A DNA stretch of 46,267 nucleotides from Micromonospora sp. (GTDB lineage: Bacteria > Actinomycetota > Actinomycetes > Mycobacteriales > Micromonosporaceae), in the NCBI GenBank assembly GCA_049791715.1, contig JBARAE010000879.1, forward strand, positions 1-46,267. Reading direction: 5' to 3'. Positions 38,109-46,247 of the stretch are shown here, one piece after another; within the stretch, counting starts at the first letter, position 1; the number at the start of each line of letters is the position of its first letter. Below the pieces are notes generated by a model. The model made no database searches. It saw only the letters and a list, made by a program, of their open reading frames with translations, and was not told where the DNA came from. The position numbers and the translations under genes were made by a program.

Positions 38109-38502
38109 TCAGCGACGCGGCGGGCGTTGAGCCGGGCGGCCTGGCGCGTCAGGTGGTCGCGCTCGGCGAGGTTGGGGAACCTTCTGGGCCGCTTCGACGT
38201 ACAGCCGTGCGGCCGTCGCCAGGTCGCCGTCGCGTTCGTGGAGGTACGCCGCCACCGCCCTGTGGCGGGGCAGTGCGTCGTCCAGCGCCGCCAGCCCGGC
38301 GCGCGGTCCGTCGGCCTCGCCGACCACCGCGCGGTTGAGCCGGATGATCGGGCTAGTCGGTCAGGCGCGTCAGTTCGTCGTACCACTCGACGATCTGCAC
38401 CCAGTCGGCTTCCTCGGCGGTGGGCGCGTCGGCGTGCAGTGTCGCGATGGCGGCCTGGGCCTGGAACTCGCCCAGCCGGTCACTGGCGAGGGCCGCCTGC
38501 TG
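38109..38502 (-). pseudogene. C-terminal remnant of ECF sigma factor with DUF6596/TPR extension
   Basis: GEFQAQAAIATLHADAPTAEEADWVQIVEWYDEL...RLNRAV...GPRAGL...NLAERDHL; frameshifts near 38354 and 38175; sigma domains missing. Confidence 0.8.
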
Positions 38503-38511
38503 TCAAAGGTG

Positions 38512-38931
38512 TCATTCGATGGCTGCCAGGCGTAGGGCGTTGTCCAGGTGTCGAAGCTTCGCAGACGATAGGGAGCCGATCGGTCGGATGAGGTGGTCCG
38601 GGGTCAGCGTCAGCAGCCACGTGCAAAAGATGGGCCCCTCGCGAGGAAGCGCGATGCGTACGACTCCCGCGTATGGAAGGCCTTCGGGGCTCCCGACCTC
38701 GATCTCGATGCCCACCCCGCCGATAGCAGGCGCGGACGCGGCGATGATGAGGTCCCTCGCCTGGGCGTCCGCAGCCTCTTCTCCGGACAGAATCACGAAC
38801 CCGCGTTTCTCGGCAGCGGTGGCCGGCCGGACGATCCGGATCGCGCGGAGCTCCGCCTCTTCAATGCCGGACAAGACAACGACCGCGGTTTCTTCCTCCA
38901 GGCGAGCCCACCACACATCACCGCGCTGCAC
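38512..38931 (-). CDS. PemK/MazF-fold protein (atypical, orphan)
   Basis: MQRGDVWW N-terminus, VVVLS, EGL and IGSLSSAKLRHLDNALR C-terminus; GTG 7 nt after TAGGGT. Confidence 0.75.
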   Translation of the reverse strand: MQRGDVWWARLEEETAVVVLSGIEEAELRAIRIVRPATAAEKRGFVILSGEEAADAQARDLIIAASAPAIGGVGIEIEVGSPEGLPYAGVVRIALPREGPIFCTWLLTLTPDHLIRPIGSLSSAKLRHLDNALRLAAIE

Positions 38932-39357
38932 ATTCGTGACCCTATCCGGGCCAGCTGGCGTCCCGGTTGCCCGGATCGCCGGGCACCGCCCGCGGCCACC
39001 ATTCGGAGTGGTCGGCGTGCCTACGCGCCGACATGTCGCACTGGCAGTTGGCCCTGAGAAGCATGCCGCGGGCCGCCCTGACGTCGGCTATTGCTGTGAC
39101 CACCTGGGTTCGCCGAGTTGGCGGGGTGCTGGGGGACGCTCGGCGGGGTTCCAGCGGCGGGGACCGTACCAAGGATCTTGAGCCCAGGGCGGAGTGCGGA
39201 AGGTGAGGATGGAAGGTCCCCACATGCGCTCGGCAACGATGTTGCGTGGCTGGACATGGCTCGGACCGGTGAAGACACCTGGCGGGTCACCGCGGACTGG
39301 TCCTCTCAGCTGACGGCCGACTTGATCGCTGCCGAGTCGGCTGATTAGCTGGCCGAC

Positions 39358-39897
39358 ATGACTGAGCTCGGCCCCGTCGCCTGGCCGCCTGAGCCGATCC
39401 GGACCGAGAGGCTCGTGCTCCGTGAGTCCGAGGCCCGGGACCGTTCGGCGTTCATCGAGCTGCTCGCCTCGCCAGAGGTGCACACCTACCTCGGCGGCCC
39501 CCGGCCGCGTGACGAGCTTGAGCGCGAGATGCCCGGGGTGCCGGAGCGGTGGCCCGGGAGTTTCGTCGTTGATCTCGACGGGGCGCTGATCGGCCAGATC
39601 CTGCTCAGGAGAGCAACGGGGCACCGTCGTCCGGCTGCCGTGGGGAAGGCCGATCTCGGTTACCTGTTTCTGCCGCGGGCGTGGGGATTCGGGTACGCCG
39701 CCGAGGCGTGCGTGGCGGCACTCGACTGGTTCGACAGCGTCCTTCCCGGCGAGCCGGTGGTGCTCACCACCCAAACCGCCAACGTCGGCTCGATGCGCCT
39801 CGCGGCACAGCTGGGGTTCACCGAGGTAGAGCGGTTCCAGGCCTGGGACGCCGAGCAGTGGCTCGGCCTGCGGTCCCCGGTCACGCCGTCCGCTTGA
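39358..39897 (+). CDS. GNAT acetyltransferase (RimJ/RimL-like)
   Basis: IRTERLVLR, LGYLFLPRAWGFGYAAEA, NVGSMRLAAQLGF. Confidence 0.88.
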   Translation: MTELGPVAWPPEPIRTERLVLRESEARDRSAFIELLASPEVHTYLGGPRPRDELEREMPGVPERWPGSFVVDLDGALIGQILLRRATGHRRPAAVGKADLGYLFLPRAWGFGYAAEACVAALDWFDSVLPGEPVVLTTQTANVGSMRLAAQLGFTEVERFQAWDAEQWLGLRSPVTPSA

Positions 39898-40018
39898 GCT
39901 CGTGCTCGAGTAGCAGCCGTGGAAGTACCTGACGCCGTGGGTGCGGTGGTAGGTCGCGGGGTCTGCCCGACTCGGGAATCAGCTGGCGCATATGGCAACA
40001 CCGAATGATCATCACTGA

Positions 40019-40528
40019 GTGGGAATCGACCTGGAGCTGGCCGACGTCGCAACAGCTCGAAATCAGTTCATCTCCTGCCGGGATTCACAGCAGAGCTGCG
40101 CCCATGACCCGGACTGTGAGGAGCACTTCTACCGTCTCCTCAGCCGAGGGCCCTCGGAGTTCCCGTACCGCCAGTTTCGGGACATCAACGAGACCATGCA
40201 GTTGACCGGGATGGGCTACGAGGCCGAGCCCCAACACTGCATGACCCCGGCCGCCGATCCTGACGACGAACAGACGCAACAGAACCGGCAGGCGGCCGAC
40301 CTCCGCTGGCGGTCGCAGACCGTACCAGGAAAGACTGGCATTCCCGCGTTCAAGCTGCGGTCGAACGATCGATGGCTGGTGACCACACGCGAGATCGATG
40401 AGGCGCTCTCGGCGTATGCGAAAGCGCCACCAGAACAAAGGGCTTCCCTGGAATCCGACCCGACGTGGGTCAGCTGGCTGCAGTGGCTCTCCCTCGCCCG
40501 AGAACACGGTGGCTTCGAGGCTGAATGA
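40019..40528 (+). CDS. Hypothetical protein
   Basis: 169-aa ORF with normal globular composition; MGIDLEL start and HGGFEAE end; Cys/His cluster. Confidence 0.65.
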   Translation: MGIDLELADVATARNQFISCRDSQQSCAHDPDCEEHFYRLLSRGPSEFPYRQFRDINETMQLTGMGYEAEPQHCMTPAADPDDEQTQQNRQAADLRWRSQTVPGKTGIPAFKLRSNDRWLVTTREIDEALSAYAKAPPEQRASLESDPTWVSWLQWLSLAREHGGFEAE

Positions 40529-40699
40529 CGCGTCTGCCCTCTGCCGCCGCTACTCACCGCTGAAACCGCCCGCCGGGCCGGAGAGTACCCCGCTCACCGG
40601 CAGATCGGGACGACGCCGCCGGAGTCGCCTTGACGGAGGGTACTCAGTTGGAGATGAGTATGAGTCCCGATATGCCAGGTCCCGCGCCGTGGCAGTTTC

Positions 40700-41056
40700 T
40701 TGGACATGGATGATGTGGATGCGCCGCCTCGAGCGTCGTTCGGGTTGAGCCTTCTCGTCGCGCTAGGGTGGTACGCCACCGTGATCGCCGCGCTTCTCGT
40801 CGGCAGGTCAGGGATATCGGCGGCACCGGACCGGGACTGCTCAGCGGTGTTCAGCTGCCTGACGCCGCAAGAGGAAATCGGCCTGATGGTGATCGTCGGC
40901 GGCCCGATTCTCGCGGGTCTGCTGTTCAGTACGGTGGTGGTCACCGCTCTGCTCGCGCGCCGGATTCCCTCTTCGATCCTCACCGGCACCCTATCGGCGC
41001 TGGGCAGTGTTGTCGTGGTGGCTGTGGCCAGCGCGGTCTGGCAAGGTGTGCGATGA
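40700..41056 (+). CDS. Small membrane protein (3 TMS)
   Basis: Three hydrophobic segments with a CSAVFSC loop; start may be at 40706. Confidence 0.65.
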   Translation: MDMDDVDAPPRASFGLSLLVALGWYATVIAALLVGRSGISAAPDRDCSAVFSCLTPQEEIGLMVIVGGPILAGLLFSTVVVTALLARRIPSSILTGTLSALGSVVVVAVASAVWQGVR

Positions 41057-41460
41057 AGCGGGTTGGCCTCGGCGTGCTGCTCATCGCCTGGCTCTACGGC
41101 GTGCCGTTCCTGCTTATCGTGGGGTTGATTCGGCGTACGTCATCGCCCTACATGGCCACCCGTGCGGCGGCACAGGCATTCGGTGCGACCACCGACAACA
41201 TCCTGGTCGCTGCGCTGGTGCTCAACCTCGCGCTCCCGGTGGCCGGGGTGCTGCTCGCCCGACTTATCCGTGACCGGTACTGGACGCGCCACTTCGTTGG
41301 GTCGCTGGCCGGTATGGCGCTGATCTACTTCGCTGTCTCGATCGCCGGGAACGCGGCCACGGCACCGTTGATCGGCTGGACGCCAGCGGACCAGGAGCCA
41401 GCACCCCGCGTCACTCAATGTATTCCGATCAGCGGCGGCCATGGCTGCCCCGGCGGCTGA
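41053..41460 (+). CDS. Small membrane protein with C-terminal CIPISGGHGCPGG
   Basis: ATGA overlap with the upstream gene; three TM segments. Confidence 0.7.
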   Translation: MKRVGLGVLLIAWLYGVPFLLIVGLIRRTSSPYMATRAAAQAFGATTDNILVAALVLNLALPVAGVLLARLIRDRYWTRHFVGSLAGMALIYFAVSIAGNAATAPLIGWTPADQEPAPRVTQCIPISGGHGCPGG

Positions 41461-41606
41461 TCGCAGCGCACGGAACCGGCATACGTCGTCCCGCGTTCGG
41501 CAGCAACGCACTCATCTCGGCTACTTGTTCCATTGACCTACGACCGTTGCCCGGCCAGGCGTGGGTGCCGCCAGGTTCGCCCTACCCACTCAACTAGCCT
41601 GTCCGG

Positions 41607-42257
41607 ATGATCAATCCGATCGGGCTTGTCATCTTCGATTGCGACGGGGTGCTGGTCGACAGCGAGCGCATCGCGGTCCGCGTCAACATTGCACTGGGCG
41701 CGGAACTGGGTTGGCCATTGACTGGGGCAGAATTCATCGAGCGCTTCATCGGCCGGTCCAGCATGTCCATCGGCGAACAGATCGCGGCCCGCCTCGGACA
41801 GGGAGTGGCCGCCACCTGGGCGGACCGGTTCGACCCAGCACACCGCCAAGCGGTCGACGCCGAGCTGACCGCCGTCGACGGGATCAACGACGCGCTCGAT
41901 GAAATCACGCAGCCGACGTGCGTGGCGCCCAGCGGTACGCACGAGAAGATGCGCCACACCCTGGGCCGCACCGGCCTGTATCCCCGCTTCGAGGGCCGCA
42001 TCTTCAGCGCGACTGAGGTCGCGCACGGCAAGCCCGCCCCCGACCTGTTCCTGCACGCGGCGGCGGCGATGGGTGTCCCGCCCGCTGCGCGCGTCGTGGT
42101 CGAGGACAGCCACTACGGAGCCCAAGCGGCCCGCGCCGCTGGGATGCGCTGCCTCGGCTATGCGGGCGGATTGACCCCCGCGCACCGGCTGGAAGGCCCG
42201 GACACGATGGTCTTCGACGACATGCGCAAACTCCCGGCTCTGCTGAACGCGGCCTGA
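41607..42257 (+). CDS. HAD family hydrolase (IA, variant 3)
   Basis: IFDCDGVLVDSE, KPAPDLF and VVEDS motifs. Confidence 0.92.
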   Translation: MINPIGLVIFDCDGVLVDSERIAVRVNIALGAELGWPLTGAEFIERFIGRSSMSIGEQIAARLGQGVAATWADRFDPAHRQAVDAELTAVDGINDALDEITQPTCVAPSGTHEKMRHTLGRTGLYPRFEGRIFSATEVAHGKPAPDLFLHAAAAMGVPPAARVVVEDSHYGAQAARAAGMRCLGYAGGLTPAHRLEGPDTMVFDDMRKLPALLNAA

Positions 42258-42312
42258 TCACGCACGACAACCACAGCATCAACCGCAGCACGGACAGAGC
42301 AGCATGGCGCTC

Positions 42313-42933
42313 ATGAGCAACAACGCAGGCTACGGCGAAGCTGCCGGCACCCTGGCCGAACAACGCTTCAACCTGATTCTTCTGACGGCCGTCTGGATGC
42401 ATCTGGACCCGCACGAGCGGTCGTCGGCGATGGACCACATCACCGGCCTGCTTCTAGCTGAGGGCGCGTGCTCATCTGGGAAGGACGCCACGCTGCTGGT
42501 GGCCGACCTCAGCGAGCCGCTTCCCTTCGCCGTTGGTGCATTCGACGACGTCGTCGTGTCCCTGGTCCTGCACCAACTGGAGGACTGGGCTACGCCCCTT
42601 GCTGAGCTGCGACGAGTCCTGAGGCCAGCCGGCCGCCTCCTTCTGTCCGTGAACCACCCGATCGTCTACACGGCAGTGAACCCGGGCTCTGACTACTTCG
42701 CCCTTGCGCGCTGGTCAGACGAGTACGCGTTCGACGGGCACAGCACGAAGCTGACCTACTGGCACCGGCCGTTGCACGCAATGACGGATGCGTTCACCGA
42801 CGCGGGCTTCCGCCTCTCGGTCATCAGCGAACCCTCGATCTCTCCCGAGACTCCGCGCGAACTCCTGCCTCCACATCTCGTGGACCGCGCATCGTTCCTC
42901 TGCTTCATCTTCTTCGTCCTCAAAGCGCACTGA
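42313..42933 (+). pseudogene. Chimeric, internally deleted class I SAM-dependent methyltransferase remnants
   Basis: Two sets of post-motif-I elements (FNLILLTAVWMHL; ADLSEPLPF...FDDVV...ELRRVLRPAG) but no glycine-rich SAM motif I. Confidence 0.65.
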
Positions 42934-42979
42934 GTCCGGGGCCAGGCTGCCGCCGCATGCCGCCCCCTCCGCATGCGCA

Positions 42980-43042
42980 CTAGGGTCTGTATCAAAGCTG
43001 AGGCCGGGCTGCGGCGTGGCCCAGCTTTGATACAGACCCTAG
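42980..43042. mobile_element. 63-bp MITE-like element (IS5-type termini)
   Basis: Perfect 21-bp inverted repeat CTAGGGTCTGTATCAAAGCTG / CAGCTTTGATACAGACCCTAG around a 21-nt core. Confidence 0.7.
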
Positions 43043-43785
43043 GGTTCCTGCATCCGGGATCTGAGCACGTCGAATTCGCACCCCGGCGCGTCCGGATCGA
43101 AGCCGTGCTCGATCAGCCAGTGCGACGCCACCAGGCTGCGCAGTGACCACCAGGCGCGGATCACGTCCCGGTCCGCGCCGGCGCCGTAGCCGGCAAGCAG
43201 GTCGTCCAGGCGTTCCTCGTGCCCGAGCGTCAAGGTGGCGAGGTCGAACATGGCGTCGCCGGGGGCGGCCTCGGACCAGTCGATGACGCCGGTGACCTCG
43301 TCGCCGTCGACGAACACGTGGGTGATCTGCAGGTCGCCGTGGATGAACGCCGGTTTCCACGGCCGGAGCGCGGCCTCGGCGATCTCGCGGTTGCGCCGGA
43401 TCACCTCGGCGGGCAGAACGGCGTTGGCGAGCAGCCAGGCGCACTCGCTGTCGAGCTCCGCCGCCACGTCGTCGAGCCTGGGCCCCGGCCACGGCGGCAA
43501 CGGTGCATCGTGCAGCCTCCGTATGGCGGCACCCGCCGCAGCCCACGCCGCCGGCGACGCGGCTGACGGTTCGCCGAGGAGGCCGAGCGCCTTGCCGGGC
43601 ACGGCGGCGATCGCGAGCACGGGCGGCTCGCGCCAGAGGATCGCCGGGGTCGGTATCGGCGCCATGGCCATCGCCCGCACCTCGACGTCGGCGTGCGCCG
43701 GGTCGCCGTCGACCTTCAGGAACACGTCGCCGACGCGCAGCGTCGCGCGCTGGCTGTGGGCGACGATGACTGCAACCTCTTCCAT
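43039..43785 (-). CDS. Aminoglycoside phosphotransferase (APH)-like kinase
   Basis: VFLKVD, FIHGDLQITHV, GVIDWSEA and DAMFDLA motifs. Confidence 0.88.
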   Translation of the reverse strand: MEEVAVIVAHSQRATLRVGDVFLKVDGDPAHADVEVRAMAMAPIPTPAILWREPPVLAIAAVPGKALGLLGEPSAASPAAWAAAGAAIRRLHDAPLPPWPGPRLDDVAAELDSECAWLLANAVLPAEVIRRNREIAEAALRPWKPAFIHGDLQITHVFVDGDEVTGVIDWSEAAPGDAMFDLATLTLGHEERLDDLLAGYGAGADRDVIRAWWSLRSLVASHWLIEHGFDPDAPGCEFDVLRSRMQEP

Positions 43786-43930
43786 ACCGGCCATGCTGGG
43801 GGGGATGGCCGCCGATGTCGCCGGATTTTGCGGGTGGCGGGACGCCGCCGGTTCTGTTTGGCTCGGCGGGTGCGGCACCAGGTCCACCACAGGTCGCGCA
43901 GCCGCCGGTGGTCGATGAGCCTGGCCTAGG

Positions 43931-44108
43931 TGTTCTGTCCATGGACGTTGGTGACACGGCCCGGATCTTGAAATAGGTGAGGACCTCCGGGTGAGGTGGA
44001 GCTTGTCGAAGGTTCCGCACCACCCGGGAGGTCCTCGTGCCCCACGCTAACGCACCCCCGACCGAACGAGGCCGGCTGCATCTGGCGCGCTGCGTAGTTG
44101 ACGACGGC
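43931..44108 (+). mobile_element. IS481-family left end with truncated transposase
   Basis: TGT terminus (TGTTCTGTCCATGGACGTT); GGAGG RBS and MPHANAPPTERGRLHLARCVVDDG from 44037, then similarity stops. Confidence 0.8.
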
Positions 44109-44242
44109 GCAGCCGCTCCCAGTCCCTTTCCCGGATGGCACGAAAGTTGTGGCCACGACGCGGGTACGGCGTCTTCGTTGCGCCGCCTGGTCCAGGTCCT
44201 CGGGGCGCTCGGCGATCTGAACAAGTTCTGTAGTTCGACCCC

Positions 44243-45004
44243 TCAGGTGAGCGATTCGGCCAGAAACGCCCCGGTGGCGGCGAACGAGCGCTCGTCGGCG
44301 AGCTCGTCATAGGCGACACCCGGAATCGCGGCTGCGATCGCGTGCTTGTGGGTGAAACCGTGCATCGCTCGGCCGTAGACGATCAGCTGCCAATCGGCGC
44401 CGGCGCGGGTCATCTCTTCGGTGAAGGTGGAGACGTCCTCCGTGGGGACGTGCGGGTCCAGTGCGCCGTGGCAGACGAGCACCTTCGCCGCCACGGCACC
44501 GGGCTCCGCGGGCTTGCTGGTTGCGAGGCTGCCGTGAATGCTCACGACGCCGGCGAGGTTCGCGCCCGAGCGCGCCAGCGCCAGTGCCGCCATACCACCG
44601 AAGCAAAAGCCCAGGGCAGCCAGGTCCGCGCCGGCTTCCGGGCACTGAGACAGGGCCGTCAACCCGGTCTGGGCCCGACGGACGAGGAGCTCGGGGTCGT
44701 CGCGCATCGCCGTGAGGCACGCCATCACCCGCTGTCGGTCGCCGGCGACGCCGTCGCCGAACATGTCGCAGGCGAGGACGGTGTAGCCGAGCTCGGCGTA
44801 GCGGCGCGCCTGCTCTCGTGCGTGTCCATCGAGGCCGGCGCCGCCGTGGATGAGCAGTAGTCCGGGGTGTGGGATGTCCTGCGCGTCATCCCAATACAGC
44901 ACACCGGTCAGCCGAACGTCGAGGTCGTCATAGGTCACATCGCGGGTCGCGATCATCGCGGGAGACCTGGGGCGCGCGTAGGGAAAAGCTTCAGTGTTCG
45001 ACAT
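44243..45004 (-). CDS. Dienelactone hydrolase family protein
   Basis: GFCFGG nucleophile, SIHGSL, HGALDPHV and AMHGFT; start codon uncertain. Confidence 0.9.
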   Translation of the reverse strand: MSNTEAFPYARPRSPAMIATRDVTYDDLDVRLTGVLYWDDAQDIPHPGLLLIHGGAGLDGHAREQARRYAELGYTVLACDMFGDGVAGDRQRVMACLTAMRDDPELLVRRAQTGLTALSQCPEAGADLAALGFCFGGMAALALARSGANLAGVVSIHGSLATSKPAEPGAVAAKVLVCHGALDPHVPTEDVSTFTEEMTRAGADWQLIVYGRAMHGFTHKHAIAAAIPGVAYDELADERSFAATGAFLAESLT

Positions 45005-45127
45005 GCGAAGAAGAATAAGCTACTTAACCAATCAATGTATCACAAAGATCATTTTTTTAAAAGAGTAATCGACCTGCGATTCGATATCGATTGCAGTCCG
45101 AGACGTCGTCGGGGCTGGCGGACGTTG

Positions 45128-45661
45128 TCAGTCCATGTTCCATTCGGTAGCGAGTAGCCCGAGAATGACCTCATCAGCGAAGTCCCCGTTCGCCCAGGCC
45201 GCGCGGCGCAGGGTGCCTTCGGGCACGAATCCCGCTTGGGTGGCTGCTCGTATCATCGCGACATTGTCGGCTAACGTCTCAACCTGCAACCGGTGCAGGC
45301 CGCGGACCGCGAAACCGTAGTGGCACAGCACCCGGACGATTTCGGTTCCCAGCCGACGGCCGCGGAAGGCGGGCCGCAGCGAGATCCCGAGGTGAGCTGT
45401 CCTGTTATGTAAGTCTATGCCCCATAACAGGGCCTCGCCGACCAGTTCGTCATCGGCGAGCCGCACCACCGAGAAGCACGCGGCATCGTCGGTCGGACCG
45501 GAAACGGTGTAGGGCGACGCGGCGGAGCCGGGTGCGATTGGGCGCCATGGACGGGAGTCCGCCCTCGACCGGGTGGCGACGTCGTCGTAGAGCTCAGATT
45601 GGAGAACGGGAACATCGGTTTCGTGTCGGGCCCGCAGCCCGACCGTTTCGCCACGGAGCAT
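45128..45661 (-). CDS. GNAT acetyltransferase (RimJ/RimL-like)
   Basis: AHLGISLRPAFRGRRLG, LHRLQVETLADN, GFVPEGTLR. Confidence 0.9.
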   Translation of the reverse strand: MLRGETVGLRARHETDVPVLQSELYDDVATRSRADSRPWRPIAPGSAASPYTVSGPTDDAACFSVVRLADDELVGEALLWGIDLHNRTAHLGISLRPAFRGRRLGTEIVRVLCHYGFAVRGLHRLQVETLADNVAMIRAATQAGFVPEGTLRRAAWANGDFADEVILGLLATEWNMD

Positions 45662-45785
45662 GCAGCGTTCCTACTCGACGCGCCCCATACGATCAACCTA
45701 GTAGGGCCGCCACCGTTCGAGATGCGGCCGGTCGGACGCGGGAACAAGAGGCGGCCACCGCGTGATCGGTCTGTCTGTTTGGGAC

Positions 45786-46063
45786 ATGGCGTCAGATCTG
45801 ACGGTAGCCGCGTGCCATGGCGTAGACGGTGCCCGGTGGGAGCAGGTCATGACCGGGTGCCCACGTCATTGCGGGCCGGTTCGGGCAGGTCGGGTCGCGT
45901 CCGACGGCGGCGGCGAGGTCAAGACGTGCTGGCAGTTGGCCGAGCGGGCTGAACACCGGCGGCCGGGTGCGATGCAGCGGCTGCTGTATCGGGCGGTGTG
46001 GGACGCCGACGCCGTCCGCGACGACTTGCCCCAGGTGATCGTCGACCGGTTCGGCGACCCGGG
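45786..46063 (+). mobile_element. IS701-family transposase N-terminal relic
   Basis: KTCWQLAERA...MQRLLYRAVWDADAVRDDL...FGDPG; degraded and truncated before the DDE core. Confidence 0.8.
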
Positions 46064-46065
46064 AC

Positions 46066-46247
46066 GTCGACCCGGCCATCGCCGGGTACCACGCGTTTGA
46101 GGCGCCGACCGCCGTGAGCGTCAAGTTCCACGACCTGCTCACCGTCTCGCTCGGCGGCAACGGCTCGATCCCTCACGTCATCGACGACACCGGCGCGACG
46201 GCCGAGGGCGCCAGCACCGTCCGGTGTGCCTCGTCAGCTGTTCCTGA
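46066..46247 (+). pseudogene. C-terminal remnant of GH55-like exo-beta-1,3-glucanase
   Basis: VDPAIAGYHAFEAP...VKFHDLLTVSLGGNGSIPHVIDDTG resembles actinobacterial GH55 C-termini; frameshift near the end. Confidence 0.65.

Noticed and set aside
38950..39348. Antitoxin or small ORFs upstream of the MazF-like gene
   Set aside because: No ORF with RHH/AbrB features or credible translation signals; probably debris
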